DNA of 64,000 nucleotides from Candidatus Poribacteria bacterium (GTDB lineage: Bacteria; Poribacteria; WGA-4E; JAJDTR01): the NCBI GenBank assembly GCA_965222225.1, contig CBDCTK010000002.1, positions 1,472,001 through 1,536,000 of the forward strand, given 5' to 3'. This document shows positions 29,808-40,164 of this stretch, piece after piece. Position numbers and translations under genes: made by a program. Position 1 is the stretch's first letter, and every line of letters begins with the position of its first letter. Under the pieces are notes generated by a model, which was not told the origin of the DNA, searched no databases, and was given only the letters and a program-made list of their open reading frames with translations.

Positions 29808-31328
29808 ATGTCAAACACGCTCACAAGAATCGCAAGTTTGGTTGTTATGATTGTGAGTTTTATTGCCTACGTTGCGAAAGCACCAGCTTTCCCGATTGCG
29901 TCAGAAAATCTCCTGCCGTGGTCAACGTGGTTTTTCATCTCCGCGATAGCGAATATAATACTCTGGCAGCGGGTGATGAAGCTGATCGCGTTTTCATTGC
30001 TAGTAATCTGGTTCTATGCGTTTGCCGCCAGTATTGTTCCGGAAACCTCGACCGCGAAGGTGGATGTGTTGAGCATTGAACGAACACCGGAGGCATTTGT
30101 TGAGGCGGGCGAGATAATCTTTAACGGAAAAGGAAAATGCCATACCTGTCACACGCTCGATCCGTCAGCCCCTAAAAGTCGCTGCCCGGATATGTCGGAT
30201 GTTGGTATTCGAGCCGCGACACGTAAGCCCGGCGTGACAGCAAAAGAGTATCTGATCGAATCCACATACGAACCTCACAAATTCCTTGTCCCCGGCTACG
30301 GCAACATTATGCCGCCGGTCTGGAAGCCCCCAATCAGTTTATCAGAGCTTGAGATCGAAACCGTCATCGCCTTCCTCCAAAATCAAGGCGGAGAAGTGGA
30401 TCTGACGCGGTTTGAACCGCCCGTTGATATCGGAAGTCCCGAGGCAGTAGGTGAGGAGTTGCCTCCCCTCCTAGCCGGAGACATTGAGCGCGGTAAGAAG
30501 GTTTTCGTAGATGGCGCGAAATGCATTGCATGTCACGAGGTTACCGGGGTTGCAAAACCAGCTGGTCAAACCCTAGACGAAGGAGTAGAGGTTGTCGCCG
30601 CGCCCGACTTGACGGAGATTGCGGCAGTCAACCCTATGCGGTATATTGAGGAGTCGATCCTTAAACCGAACGCCCAAATTGTGAGCGGATACGGTTCCGT
30701 CACAGTGAAAACGGGCGGCGCGTCAATTCAGGGAACGCTTATTTCCCAAGACAACGAGAAAATCACTGTGCGCGTCAAAGACGCCGCCGGAGTTGAAACC
30801 GAACAGACGGTGCTCTTGACCGAAATTGATCCCGAACCGATTGAAGAGTTAGCGAATCTAAAGGAGCAAGAGTATTTCTGGATTGAGGTCACTTCCGCAG
30901 ACTCAGAGACGAAAATAAGCGGCGACCTTCTCGAAGAGGATGGAGAAAACATTACCATCCAAGCCGGTGGAGAACCACAGACGGTATCCAAATCGAATGT
31001 TAAGGCACAGGCGACCATAATCGATTTTGATGGGAATGAAATCGTCGGTGAGTTGGTGTCAGAGAATGAGGACGAAGTCACGCTGATTGTCGATGGGGTA
31101 GAGCAAATTATTGACACCTTCGATATTGATGAAGGCCCCACTTATAGTCGCGCCTACGGTAAAAGGCATTATGTTACTTCGCCAATGCCTGACAATTTCC
31201 CACTCCTGTTATCCGTCGCTGACATGAGCGATTTGCTGGCTTTTTTAGCGTCATTGACCGGTGCAATAGAGGAGACAGTTGTTGAAGCTGAAGTTTCAAA
31301 CGTCGGAGCAGAGGAAACGGCTGAGTAA
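29808..31328 (+). CDS. Membrane-bound diheme cytochrome c with acidic beta-rich repeat insert
   Basis: N-terminal TM helices, CHTCH and CIACH, ESILKPNA.I..GY ... SPMP. Confidence 0.82.
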   Translation: MSNTLTRIASLVVMIVSFIAYVAKAPAFPIASENLLPWSTWFFISAIANIILWQRVMKLIAFSLLVIWFYAFAASIVPETSTAKVDVLSIERTPEAFVEAGEIIFNGKGKCHTCHTLDPSAPKSRCPDMSDVGIRAATRKPGVTAKEYLIESTYEPHKFLVPGYGNIMPPVWKPPISLSELEIETVIAFLQNQGGEVDLTRFEPPVDIGSPEAVGEELPPLLAGDIERGKKVFVDGAKCIACHEVTGVAKPAGQTLDEGVEVVAAPDLTEIAAVNPMRYIEESILKPNAQIVSGYGSVTVKTGGASIQGTLISQDNEKITVRVKDAAGVETEQTVLLTEIDPEPIEELANLKEQEYFWIEVTSADSETKISGDLLEEDGENITIQAGGEPQTVSKSNVKAQATIIDFDGNEIVGELVSENEDEVTLIVDGVEQIIDTFDIDEGPTYSRAYGKRHYVTSPMPDNFPLLLSVADMSDLLAFLASLTGAIEETVVEAEVSNVGAEETAE

Positions 31329-31479
31329 CACCAGTTTTTCAACTCAATCGATCGGGGATTGTCATCTAGGCATACCAACGGCGTTAAAATTGTGCAAGCG
31401 CCCGATTTCCTGTGGTTGACGGTGTATGTATCCTCCTCGGTGACCTAATAAGTGATAGGGTGTCAATTAGGAGACTTAA

Positions 31480-32265
31480 TTGATGATGAAACGGATATCG
31501 CTATTCACCAGATGCCTGATTCTTTTTGTCTTCATCTGGCTCTTTCTGCGTTTCTTCATCGGTGGAGTGTGGTCTGTACCGCTGCCCGCGAGCGTTATTG
31601 CGATGTATGTCGGTCTAATACTTTTGGCAATTCTTGTCCACGTGTCAGTCGAGGATGATAGATTTCGCGAATTCCTGCGCCCTATCAAAGAGACGCTAGT
31701 CGATGATGACAAAAAGTTGCGACGGAAGGCGTTAGTTATCCTAATTCCACTCGCCCTGCTTGCGTTCACGTTCTCAAAGGTCTCCACAAAGGCAGATCCG
31801 CCAGCGGCGTTGCGTGTTGCCCACCCTGCGCCCCCTGATGAGTTGACATATGGCGACAAGGTAATCGGTGCAACGCAGGAAGTAGTGAACCCTTTCCGGC
31901 ATCTTGAAAAAGACGGGGTGGATGCATTCAAAGCGCATGCAGAAAATGGGCGTCGTGTCTACTATCAGAACTGTTTCTACTGTCATGGCGATGACCTTGA
32001 TGGCGAGGGGCATTTCGCCCACGGCTTAAACCCACTGCCAGCGAACTTCCAAGACCCCGGCATCATTCCGAACTTCCAAGAATCGTTCTTTTTCTGGCGT
32101 ATCAGTAAAGGTGGACCGGGGTTACCACCATCCGCTACCCCTTGGAATTCCGCCATGCCGGTCTGGGAGAACTATTTGACTGAAGAAGAGATTTGGGATG
32201 TCATCATCTTCTTGTCCGAGTACACCGGCTATAAGCCGAGAACGTTTGGCGATGCTGCCCACTAA
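31480..32265 (+). CDS. Membrane-bound monoheme cytochrome c
   Basis: Three TM segments, CFYCH, FWRISKGGPGLP...SAMP.W. Confidence 0.85.
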   Translation: MMMKRISLFTRCLILFVFIWLFLRFFIGGVWSVPLPASVIAMYVGLILLAILVHVSVEDDRFREFLRPIKETLVDDDKKLRRKALVILIPLALLAFTFSKVSTKADPPAALRVAHPAPPDELTYGDKVIGATQEVVNPFRHLEKDGVDAFKAHAENGRRVYYQNCFYCHGDDLDGEGHFAHGLNPLPANFQDPGIIPNFQESFFFWRISKGGPGLPPSATPWNSAMPVWENYLTEEEIWDVIIFLSEYTGYKPRTFGDAAH

Positions 32266-32453
32266 GCTTCTGCAAAAAGTCCAACTCTGGTAAAGCAGCG
32301 AAATTGTTCAATCGGCGATGGTAATTCAGTAGAGGGCCCCAAATTAAGCGAAACCTAGATTCGAATGGTTTCACATCTAAACCTGTCCTGCTTCGGTAGT
32401 CAAAAAAGCCTTCTCCGCTGTGAAGACGGTACCGAACGGAGAATAATCTGCTA

Positions 32454-34187
32454 ATGAACCGATTATTTGTTAAAAAAACACTCGCTATATGTATCGTAGG
32501 TTCCCTTCTATTGCCTGCAATTATGGCGTACCCAGTTTTTGCACAGGGCAAGACCGCCCCCGCTGCTTCCGAGGCTGGAAAGTCGCTTTACATGGACAAG
32601 TGTGCTCATTGCCACGGTATTGAGGGGGATGGCAATGGGGATGCCGCCGAAAATTTGGTGCCAAGACCGAGGGATTTCACGTCAGGACTTTACAAAATTC
32701 GCTCCACCGAGGGTGGAAACTTGCCGACAGCCCAGGACCTTTTTGAGGTGATTTCGAACGGTATGCCGGAATCTTCAATGCCAGCGTGGGAGGGACTTCT
32801 CAGCGAGGCTGAGCGATGGAGCCTCGTTGCCCATATCAAGACATTCTTTGAGGGTTTTGAGGGAGCGTCGCTGCGGGTGATTGACCTGTCAGGCAAGGTA
32901 CCTTATTCTGAGGAGAGCGTTGCCAAAGGAAAAGAGTTTTACGCCAAGCTTGGCTGCGTCGAATGTCACGGCGCACTCGGTCGAGGGGATGGTACATCTG
33001 CACCTGATCTCACGGATGAGTGGGGTTTCCGCACCTGGCCCGCAAATATGGAGCACAGTTGGAATTTCAGGGGTGGCTCAACGACTGGGGATATTTTCAA
33101 ACGATTTATTGGCGGGATTGCCGGGTCACCGATGCCGGCATTCGTTTCTGCTTTCCGACTCGGATTGACCGATGCCGAGACAGAGCGGATAACTGCACTT
33201 GAAGAGAATGACGAAATGACAGAGGAGGAGGAAACGGAGTATGCAGAGCTGGAGGAGAAAGCCTACGAGTATGAAAACATCATGCTCGATATTGAAGAGG
33301 GCAATGAAGTTTCGCCCGAAGATCTGAAGAAGGTCGACGATGCCATGAAGCCGATATACGAGAAGAGTTGGCATTTGGCGAACTATGTGAAATCGCTAGG
33401 GCGCAAGGAGCGCCCTGCAGCCGCAGTAGGTGACAAGGTGCTGCGCTCGCAATATCGCTTGGGCGACCTGCCGGGATTGAATAATGCCGCCTGGGGTGAA
33501 ATCGAGGAGGCGAGCTACTTCCCGCTCGTGGGTCAAGTTGTCATTGAACCGCGACAGTTCAACCCGTCCATAGATTCTGTGACGGCCAAGTCTTTCTATA
33601 ACGATAATGAAGTCGCGTTTCTCTTTACGTGGGACGATCGGACGAAAACGCTTCCGCAAGAGGATGACGAGACGGGCGAAACCGTTGAGGATGCCATTGC
33701 CATTCAGTTTCCTGTAAAGCTGCCTAAAAATCCTTCCGATCCCAAACCGTACTTCATCTGGGGTGGACGCCGTCCCGTTTACCTCTGGCAGTGGAAGGTT
33801 GCTGAACAAGACAAGATCACGGAGATGAACGCTAAGGGAATTGACAATGCCACTGTCCAATCGTCGCAAAGCCAGATGCAGGTTGAAGGCGTCTACGAAG
33901 ATGGGCGTTACCGTCTGTGGGTCAAGCGGACGCTAAGGACGGATGATAAAAATGACCTTCAACTTGAGCCCGGAACCTTTATCCCCATCGCATTCTCCGC
34001 CTGGGACGGCGCCAACGGCGACGTGAAAACTAAACGAGCCATTTCGACATGGTATACTTTCATTCTCGATCCTGTGCCGTCAAACAGACGTTTCGTGTAT
34101 CCGCCGCTTGTCGCGCTTATCTCTGTTGGGTTCCTTTTTGGCTTGAGAGGTAGCGCAAAGAGACGAACTAGTACGAATAGTACATGA
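32454..34187 (+). CDS. Diheme cytochrome c fused to an ethylbenzene-dehydrogenase-gamma-like (DOMON-type heme b) domain
   Basis: CAHCH, CVECH, PRPRDF; C-terminal FTWDD.T, DAIAIQFP, AFSAWDG..G..K.AIS.W, then a TM anchor. Confidence 0.82.
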   Translation: MNRLFVKKTLAICIVGSLLLPAIMAYPVFAQGKTAPAASEAGKSLYMDKCAHCHGIEGDGNGDAAENLVPRPRDFTSGLYKIRSTEGGNLPTAQDLFEVISNGMPESSMPAWEGLLSEAERWSLVAHIKTFFEGFEGASLRVIDLSGKVPYSEESVAKGKEFYAKLGCVECHGALGRGDGTSAPDLTDEWGFRTWPANMEHSWNFRGGSTTGDIFKRFIGGIAGSPMPAFVSAFRLGLTDAETERITALEENDEMTEEEETEYAELEEKAYEYENIMLDIEEGNEVSPEDLKKVDDAMKPIYEKSWHLANYVKSLGRKERPAAAVGDKVLRSQYRLGDLPGLNNAAWGEIEEASYFPLVGQVVIEPRQFNPSIDSVTAKSFYNDNEVAFLFTWDDRTKTLPQEDDETGETVEDAIAIQFPVKLPKNPSDPKPYFIWGGRRPVYLWQWKVAEQDKITEMNAKGIDNATVQSSQSQMQVEGVYEDGRYRLWVKRTLRTDDKNDLQLEPGTFIPIAFSAWDGANGDVKTKRAISTWYTFILDPVPSNRRFVYPPLVALISVGFLFGLRGSAKRRTSTNST

Positions 34188-34344
34188 TTAACATTCCTAA
34201 GGATAGTCCGACACTCTGTGTGAAACCCTGCACAGTTGACGATTCAGTGACAAGAAATAGAGAAATAAGAGAGTCGCAAATCCGTTGATATAACCTGAAA
34301 ACAACTCTATTCATTCTTAAGATAATTTCAAAAGGAGTTCAATT

Positions 34345-35133
34345 ATGAAAACCCAAGTTGTTACAGTCCTAACCTTGATTATTGCAGGCGTTTATGCCAC
34401 CGGTGCCATCGCTGCCGGCAAAGGCGAAGCTGTCGAATCACTTATGTTCCCCGCTAGTTATAAAGTCGGGAGTGTTTCTAATGGCGGCACCATCGCCGGC
34501 ACTGTGAAATTTGAAGGCACAGCGCCCGCAATGAAGAAACTTGAAATCACCAAGAATCCCGAAGTCTGTGGTTTAACCGACAATTTTGATGAATCGGTAG
34601 TAGTCGGCGAAGGCAGTGCTTTGAAAAACACCATCATATATCTGATGGATATTTCGTCAGGTGCGGGTTTTTCGAAGGACGCTAAGGTCAAATACGAACT
34701 CGATCAGAAAGGCTGTCATTTCAATCCGCATGTTCGTCTACTTCCCGTCGGACAACGATTGACCATGCTCAATCCCGACAAAATCATGCACAATGTCCAT
34801 ATTTTTAGTAGAGAGAACCCCGCATTCAATAGATCGCAACCGGGCAGCAGACGAAAGATGCCGGTTAAAGCGGTGAAGAAGGCGGAAGGACCTGTGGCTG
34901 TAAAATGTGACGTCCATGGCTGGATGAAAGCCTGGATTGCTTACATTCCTCATCCATACTTTGCACTCAGCGATGAGAACGGGAAATATACGCTTGAGAA
35001 CGTGCCTCCGGGCACCTACAAACTTGGCTACTGGCATGAAGCATGCGGAACGAATAATGATGCGCCTGCCTCAGTTACCGTGGATGCCGGCGGAAGCGTT
35101 ATGCAGGACTTTACACTCTCTCTCAAGAAGTAG
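34345..35133 (+). CDS. Secreted cupredoxin-like / carboxypeptidase-regulatory-like domain protein (paralog 2)
   Basis: LDQKGC.F.PHV, HNVH, CDVHGWM, VPPGTY.L..WHE. Confidence 0.75.
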   Translation: MKTQVVTVLTLIIAGVYATGAIAAGKGEAVESLMFPASYKVGSVSNGGTIAGTVKFEGTAPAMKKLEITKNPEVCGLTDNFDESVVVGEGSALKNTIIYLMDISSGAGFSKDAKVKYELDQKGCHFNPHVRLLPVGQRLTMLNPDKIMHNVHIFSRENPAFNRSQPGSRRKMPVKAVKKAEGPVAVKCDVHGWMKAWIAYIPHPYFALSDENGKYTLENVPPGTYKLGYWHEACGTNNDAPASVTVDAGGSVMQDFTLSLKK

Positions 35134-35268
35134 AGGTTATATGTCCACGCCGCAGTTGCCGGTTTCCCTACAAAGTTCAGTTACTTTCGGCTATTTCTCA
35201 ATAGGCTTTTGCAGTCTTTATCGGTAGTATGAAGGGCGATTGTTGCCTCCTTCAACTTTCAATTAAAG

Positions 35269-36186
35269 ATGTTCCCGATTGAAGTGGAAAATCTCTCGCA
35301 CGCCTACGGTGACCGAACCGCGTTGGCGGATGTCAGTTTTCGTATCAGTATGGGGGAGATTTTCGCCTTTCTTGGACCCAATGGCAGTGGAAAGACAACA
35401 CTCTTTAAAATTCTTGCGACCCTGATTCCCATGGGGTGCGGGGAGGTCACGCTTCTCGGGCATAATCTGGTAAGTGAAGCGTCTCGAGTCAGGAGACACT
35501 TGGGAGTTGTTTTTCAGCATCCAAGTTTGGATTTGAAGCTCACGGTTGCTGAGAACCTCCGGCATCACGGGCATCTTTACGGAATATGGGGTGCAGATTT
35601 AAAGCATCGCATCCGCTCGGTCCTCAAACAACAGGAATTGACCGGCCGCGCAGGAGACCTGGTAGAAACGCTCTCTGGAGGGTTGAGGCGGCGCGCCGAA
35701 CTTGCCAAAACGTTGCTCCATCAGCCTAGATTACTGTTGCTTGATGAACCAAGCACGGGGCTGGACCCGATTGCCCGTCGGAATTTGCTAGAATCGTTGA
35801 AAGACCTGCGTAAAACAGGGGAAGTGACGGTCGTTCTGACAACCCATATGCTGGACGAAGCCGAAACGTGTGACCGGATCGGGATTCTCAACTCGGGAGA
35901 ATTGGTCGCTATCGGAACACCCGATGAACTAAAAAGTCAAGTCAGTGGAGATGTTGTTATCGTTGATTCTCCGGTACCCGAACAACTAGCGCCGAGAATC
36001 AGCCGACGGTTTGGATGTGAGGTTACTTCAGTTGGCGACATGTTGCACATTGAATGCGATCGTGGACATGAGTTTGTTCGAGATATCGTTGCCGCATTTC
36101 CATCAGAAATTGACTCTGCACGCTATGGCAAACCGACGTTAGAGGATGTCTTCATCAAACTAACAGGACGCCGTTTCGTATCATAG
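35269..36186 (+). CDS. ABC transporter ATP-binding protein (drug/export type)
   Basis: GPNGSGKTT, LSGG, LLLDEPSTGLD, PTLEDVF. Confidence 0.92.
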   Translation: MFPIEVENLSHAYGDRTALADVSFRISMGEIFAFLGPNGSGKTTLFKILATLIPMGCGEVTLLGHNLVSEASRVRRHLGVVFQHPSLDLKLTVAENLRHHGHLYGIWGADLKHRIRSVLKQQELTGRAGDLVETLSGGLRRRAELAKTLLHQPRLLLLDEPSTGLDPIARRNLLESLKDLRKTGEVTVVLTTHMLDEAETCDRIGILNSGELVAIGTPDELKSQVSGDVVIVDSPVPEQLAPRISRRFGCEVTSVGDMLHIECDRGHEFVRDIVAAFPSEIDSARYGKPTLEDVFIKLTGRRFVS

Positions 36187-36278
36187 ACTTCTCGCTGTCG
36201 CGTTAGAAGGGATATTGGAACAAGCAACATTACGAACAAGGAATCGGGTTCAAGTCAGCTTAGAAAGACAAACAACGC

Positions 36279-36564
36279 CTGGAAACACAGAAATACATCT
36301 ATTGGCAAGACGAGACGATGTATCGCGGCTACTTTGAAACCTATCCCGACTACTGAACCCAGGGAGAGACGATAGAAGAATATCTTCTCGACATCTTCAG
36401 GGAGTTGACAAGCAGCACCATTCCCTGTGTCCGAAAGATCGCCGAGTTGCGTGTCGCATGATTGGTATCAAAACCCAAACACGAAGATATCTCAACCTGT
36501 GCCACGGCATAGAGAAATTAAAGATTCTCTGGCGAAACATATTGTCAAGATGCCAAAAGACTGA
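36279..36564 (+). pseudogene. Degenerate hicB-hicA toxin-antitoxin remnant (absent from ORF track)
   Basis: Manual translation: ETQKYI/YWQDETMYRGYFETYPDY*TQGETIEE...IPCVRKIAELRVA* followed by HDWYQNPNTKISQPVPRHREIKDSLAKHIVKM. Confidence 0.7.
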
Positions 36565-36570
36565 ATTATA

Positions 36571-37362
36571 TTGATAATAAAAATATTACTCCCCGTGACG
36601 ACAATCTGGTGGCGTGAAGTCATCAGGTTTCTGCGTCAGCGGAGCCGTTTGGTCAGCGCAATTGCGCAGCCACTGGTATTTTGGCTTCTGCTGGGTGGCG
36701 GGTTAAACGCTTCATTCCGTCCGTCCGGGCTTCAGGAGGGGACAAACTATATTACTTATTTCTACCCCGGCGTCTTGGTGCTCGTCCTGTTGTTCACGGC
36801 GATTTTTTCAACCATCGCCGTAGTGCAAGACCGACGAGAAGGATTTCTTCAAGGCGTTTTAGTTGCTCCGGTTTCCAGATGGAGCGTCGTGTTCGGACAA
36901 GCGTGCGGTGGAACTACATTAGCGCTCGTGCAAGGCGCACTTTTTCTCTTGCTGTCGCCGATTATTGGAATGTCCTTCAGTTTTGCTTCCATTCTGTCAA
37001 CAGTTGGCGTGATGGTGCTTCTGAGTTTTGGGCTCACGAGCATGGGGCTGATGATTGCGTGGCGGATGGATTCGACACAAGGATTTCATGCAGTGATGAA
37101 TCTGATCCTCATCCCGATTTGGCTGCTATCCGGGGCGTTTTTCCCCGTAGCCGGGGTGTCACCACTGCTTGAATGGGTCATGAAAATAAATCCGTTAACC
37201 TACGGCGTCGCGGCGTTACGCCAATGCCTCTATCTCAACAATCTTGAAGCGGTTGGTGAGATTCCTCAACTGTCTTTATCGCTCGTTGTTACCGGGTTGT
37301 TCTGTGTTGCGATGTATTTGGGCGCTACTCAAACAGCGTATCGTCGTGTGAATATTACGTGA
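36571..37362 (+). CDS. ABC-2 type transporter permease
   Basis: DRREGFLQGVLVAPV, LSGAFFP, NPLTYGV. Confidence 0.9.
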   Translation: MIIKILLPVTTIWWREVIRFLRQRSRLVSAIAQPLVFWLLLGGGLNASFRPSGLQEGTNYITYFYPGVLVLVLLFTAIFSTIAVVQDRREGFLQGVLVAPVSRWSVVFGQACGGTTLALVQGALFLLLSPIIGMSFSFASILSTVGVMVLLSFGLTSMGLMIAWRMDSTQGFHAVMNLILIPIWLLSGAFFPVAGVSPLLEWVMKINPLTYGVAALRQCLYLNNLEAVGEIPQLSLSLVVTGLFCVAMYLGATQTAYRRVNIT

Positions 37363-37413
37363 GAGAAACCCTTTCCAACGAATTCAGCGACCCAGAAAGG
37401 AGATTTTAATGAA

Positions 37414-38097
37414 ATGCTGAAATGGCTGAATTTCCCTGAATGGCTTCCAGAGAACGTATCCACTTATGGCGAAGAGGTAGATAAACTCTTCGTCCTAATC
37501 TACTGGATAACTTCCATTGTGTTTATAGCTGTAATGGCGGTACTCATCGGTTTTTTGATTAAGTATCGCTTTAAAGACGGACGTAAAGCGGATTATATTG
37601 AAGGTAGCACAACCCTTGAGATTACATGGACCGCGGCAACGACCGTCATTGTATTCGGTTTAGCCATGTTGAGCCTGCCGCAATGGAACAAACTCAAAGT
37701 CCCGTCCCAGTTTCCCAGTGGCCCTGATGATGTCCTAGTTCAAGTCAGCGCCAAACAATTCAACTGGGACATGACATATCCGGGAGCTGACGGTAAACTG
37801 GGAACTGCCGATGACCTGACGCTTGAGAATCAGTTACACGTACCCGTGAATAAGGTCGTGCACATCAAACTCACGTCGGAAGATGTCATCCACAGTTTCT
37901 TCTTACCGAATATGCGGGTCAAGCAGGATGCGTTACCCGGGCGGACCATTGACGTTTGGTTTGATGCAACGAAGGTAGGCAAGTACGAAATCCCATGTGC
38001 TGAACTCTGCGGGTTTGGGCACTCCGGAATGCTCGGATACCTCACCGTCCATACGGATGATGCCTATGCGAAGTGGGTAGAAGAAGCTTGGAAGTGA
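37414..38097 (+). CDS. coxB: Cytochrome c oxidase subunit II (CuA)
   Basis: LEITWT, DVIHSF, CAELCGFGHSGM. Confidence 0.95.
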   Translation: MLKWLNFPEWLPENVSTYGEEVDKLFVLIYWITSIVFIAVMAVLIGFLIKYRFKDGRKADYIEGSTTLEITWTAATTVIVFGLAMLSLPQWNKLKVPSQFPSGPDDVLVQVSAKQFNWDMTYPGADGKLGTADDLTLENQLHVPVNKVVHIKLTSEDVIHSFFLPNMRVKQDALPGRTIDVWFDATKVGKYEIPCAELCGFGHSGMLGYLTVHTDDAYAKWVEEAWK

Positions 38098-38316
38098 CGG
38101 CAAGCGGGATGCTGAAGAACCTTAATAACCATTGCTGAAAACTGTTTCGTTGTCTGCAAGTGGGCGCCGCTGAAGGCAACGTCAAAGGCGAAATCCTGTC
38201 CTTACTTTAGTAGATTGGGACGCAAGAAAATGAGATAAACACAACCTAAGAAACGCCTGAATTTCCGGTTTAAGTGTAAGAAATAATTACCATTCACAGA
38301 AAGGAGTTCGTGTCGA

Positions 38317-40164
38317 ATGAACGATCACGCAAATGAATCGCATGACCATCATCACGAGGAAAGTTTTGTCAGTAAATATATTTTCTCACTCGACCACAAG
38401 ATGATTGGCAGGCAATTCTTAATCTATGGATTGATTATGTTCATGGTCGGCGGTGGGCTTGCGTTACTGTTCCGCTGGCAGCTTGCTTGGCCTGAAAAAC
38501 CACTCCCAATCATCGGGTTCTCCCAGGCGTATCTAGACGAAGGTGAAGTCGTCACCGGCGCAGACCGAATGTGGGAAAAATGGGGCGAGGACGATGAGGA
38601 GAACTGGGCTGAACGAACGATGCACGGCGGCATCATCGGACCAGAGTTGTTCAACGCGCTGTTTACAATGCACGCCACCATAATGGTTTTCTTTGTTGTT
38701 GTACCGTTGCTTGTTGGTGCGTTTGGGAATTTCCTCATCCCGTTGATGATTGGCACGAGAGACATGGCGTTTCCCGCGCTGAATATGCTGTCGTTCTGGT
38801 CGAGTGTGCTTGGCGCTTTCATTATGATGGCTGGGTTTCTCGTCCCCGGTGGGCACGCCGCCGCAGGGTGGACCGGATACGCGCCGCTCTCGTCGGTTCC
38901 TGACTTTACCGGTGTGTATTGGGGACAAAACCTTTGGTGTATCGCACTAATCGTTATGGGCGTTTCCTCGCTGATGGGGTCAATTAACTACATAACCACA
39001 ATTATCAACATGCGGGCGCCCGGGATGACGTACTTTCGTCTTCCACTCGTTATCTGGTCACTCTTTATTGTCGCAATTCTACTGCTGCTTGCGTTTCCCG
39101 TCGTAGCCTCGGCGCTTGCGCTGCTGCTTTTCGATAGAATGGCAGGCACCTCGTTCTTTTCGCCGGCAGGGGGCGGCGAACCACTCCTCTGGCAGCACCT
39201 CTTCTGGTTCTTTGGGCACCCGGAGGTTTACATTCTGATCCTTCCGGGCATGGGGCTCGTCTCGGAGATGATTTCGGTCTTTTCCAGAAAGCCGATTTTC
39301 GGGTATAAGTCAATGGTATTCGCCATGATTTCAATCGCCTTTCTGGGTTGGGTGGTGTGGGGACATCACATGTTCCAGAGCGGAATGAACCCGGCATTAA
39401 GCATGGGGTTCATGACGACGACGATGTTGATTGCCGTCCCTTCGGCGATAAAAACCTTTAACTGGATCGGCACCCTATTCCGTGGATCGATTCGGTTTGA
39501 AGTACCGATGTTGCATTCGCTCGCTTTTGTCTCCATGTTCGTAATTGGGGGGCTCAGCGGTATCTATATGGCAAACTCGCCTGTAGATATCCACATCCAC
39601 GATACCTACTACATCGTCGCGCATATCCATTACGTCGTCTTCGGCGGCAGCGTATTCGCGTTGTTCGGCGCAATCTTTTACTGGTTCCCCAAGATGTTCG
39701 GGCGTCACATGAATTCGACTCTTGGCAAGGTGCACTTCTGGTTGACTTTCCTAGCCTTTAACGGTGTATTTTTCCCAATGCACATCCTCGGTGTTGCCGG
39801 GCACATGCGCCGTATTTCCAACCCTCTGCAGTATGAATTTCTGCAAGACTTACAGCCAATAAACGTGTTCATTACCATCTGCGCGTTCATTTTGGGAACC
39901 ACTCAGATAATCTTGTTGGTAAATGTGTTCTGGAGTATATTCAAGGGTAAGGTAGCCGAACAGAATCCGTGGCACGCGAACACCCTAGAGTGGCAAGCGC
40001 CGACCCCAGTACCGCACGGTAATTTCGATCAGATTCCGCACGTTTACCACGGGCCCTATGAGTATAGCGTTCCCGGTGCTGATCGGGACTGGATTCCACA
40101 GACGCAGGCGGATGGTGAACCTTCTGACGGTGAACCGATACCAGCCGGCGCCACTGCCGATTAA
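38317..40164 (+). CDS. coxA: Cytochrome c oxidase subunit I, A1 type
   Basis: DHK.IG, MHAT.M, DMAFP, GHPEVY, WGHHM, AHIHY, K-channel Lys (PSAIK). Confidence 0.97.
   Translation: MNDHANESHDHHHEESFVSKYIFSLDHKMIGRQFLIYGLIMFMVGGGLALLFRWQLAWPEKPLPIIGFSQAYLDEGEVVTGADRMWEKWGEDDEENWAERTMHGGIIGPELFNALFTMHATIMVFFVVVPLLVGAFGNFLIPLMIGTRDMAFPALNMLSFWSSVLGAFIMMAGFLVPGGHAAAGWTGYAPLSSVPDFTGVYWGQNLWCIALIVMGVSSLMGSINYITTIINMRAPGMTYFRLPLVIWSLFIVAILLLLAFPVVASALALLLFDRMAGTSFFSPAGGGEPLLWQHLFWFFGHPEVYILILPGMGLVSEMISVFSRKPIFGYKSMVFAMISIAFLGWVVWGHHMFQSGMNPALSMGFMTTTMLIAVPSAIKTFNWIGTLFRGSIRFEVPMLHSLAFVSMFVIGGLSGIYMANSPVDIHIHDTYYIVAHIHYVVFGGSVFALFGAIFYWFPKMFGRHMNSTLGKVHFWLTFLAFNGVFFPMHILGVAGHMRRISNPLQYEFLQDLQPINVFITICAFILGTTQIILLVNVFWSIFKGKVAEQNPWHANTLEWQAPTPVPHGNFDQIPHVYHGPYEYSVPGADRDWIPQTQADGEPSDGEPIPAGATAD

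Noticed and set aside
32454-34187. Calling this nxrC and the organism a nitrite oxidiser
   Set aside because: No molybdopterin catalytic or Fe-S subunit is in the window; the domain alone does not establish the metabolism.
36354-36356. Selenocysteine or recoded TGA
   Set aside because: It lies in a remnant that also has a frameshift and deletion; simplest as a TGG-to-TGA nonsense change.
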